From assembly GCA_043806035.1 (NCBI GenBank), contig JAZDHK010000014.1, forward strand, positions 1-24,864: a stretch of 24,864 nt of DNA, given 5' to 3'. Made by a program: the position numbers and the translations under genes. Source of the DNA: an archaeon. GTDB lineage: Archaea; Nanobdellota; Nanobdellia; Woesearchaeales; UBA9642. Within the stretch, counting starts at the first letter, position 1. The number at the start of each line of letters is the position of its first letter. Positions 24,805 through 24,864 of this stretch are shown here, in pieces. The notes under the pieces are model-generated. The model ran no database searches, was not told the origin of the DNA, and saw only the letters and a list, made by a program, of their open reading frames with translations.

Positions 24805-24864
24805 CTCTTCTTGTAGTAATTACAGTTTTCCACATCCATAATTACAGTGACTACATCCGTGCAG

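Noticed and set aside
1-24864. Complete DGR cassette (RT, template repeat, Avd)
   Set aside because: No RT-like ORF and no AAC-rich copy of 863-928 was seen; only a putative target is supported.
1-24864. CRISPR array or cas genes
   Set aside because: No regularly spaced repeats with spacers and no Cas motifs seen; the two units at 24817-24858 are adjacent, with no spacer.

Overview
Archaeal chromosomal segment, most consistent with a DPANN/Nanobdellota (Woesearchaeota-like) genome. This is inferred from archaeal Spt5, S8e and L11, class III signal-peptide pilins, a Methanococcus-type S-layer protein, TATA-box promoters and salvage-type metabolism. Most of the window is housekeeping or surface biology: rpl11, spt5, secE, rps8e, an intact IS5-family (IS903-like) element with a 9-bp target duplication, a two-gene pilin/giant adhesin operon, mtnP-apt, tRNA-Leu(TAG), an orphan AbiEi-like regulator, the S-layer gene, sepF, glk, PGI/PMI, a CYTH protein and an archaeal MtaB. 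The standout is the tightly coupled operon at 1-4405. There an HExxH-metallopeptidase/vWA protein is flanked by at least three otherwise different proteins that share an N-terminal YDPDLAxxhNxE tag. One of them ends in 22 consecutive NNY codons and a GAARGV motif, the footprint expected of a diversity-generating-retroelement (DGR) variable region. No reverse transcriptase or template repeat was seen in the window. All family assignments come from motif recognition by eye, not from database searches.
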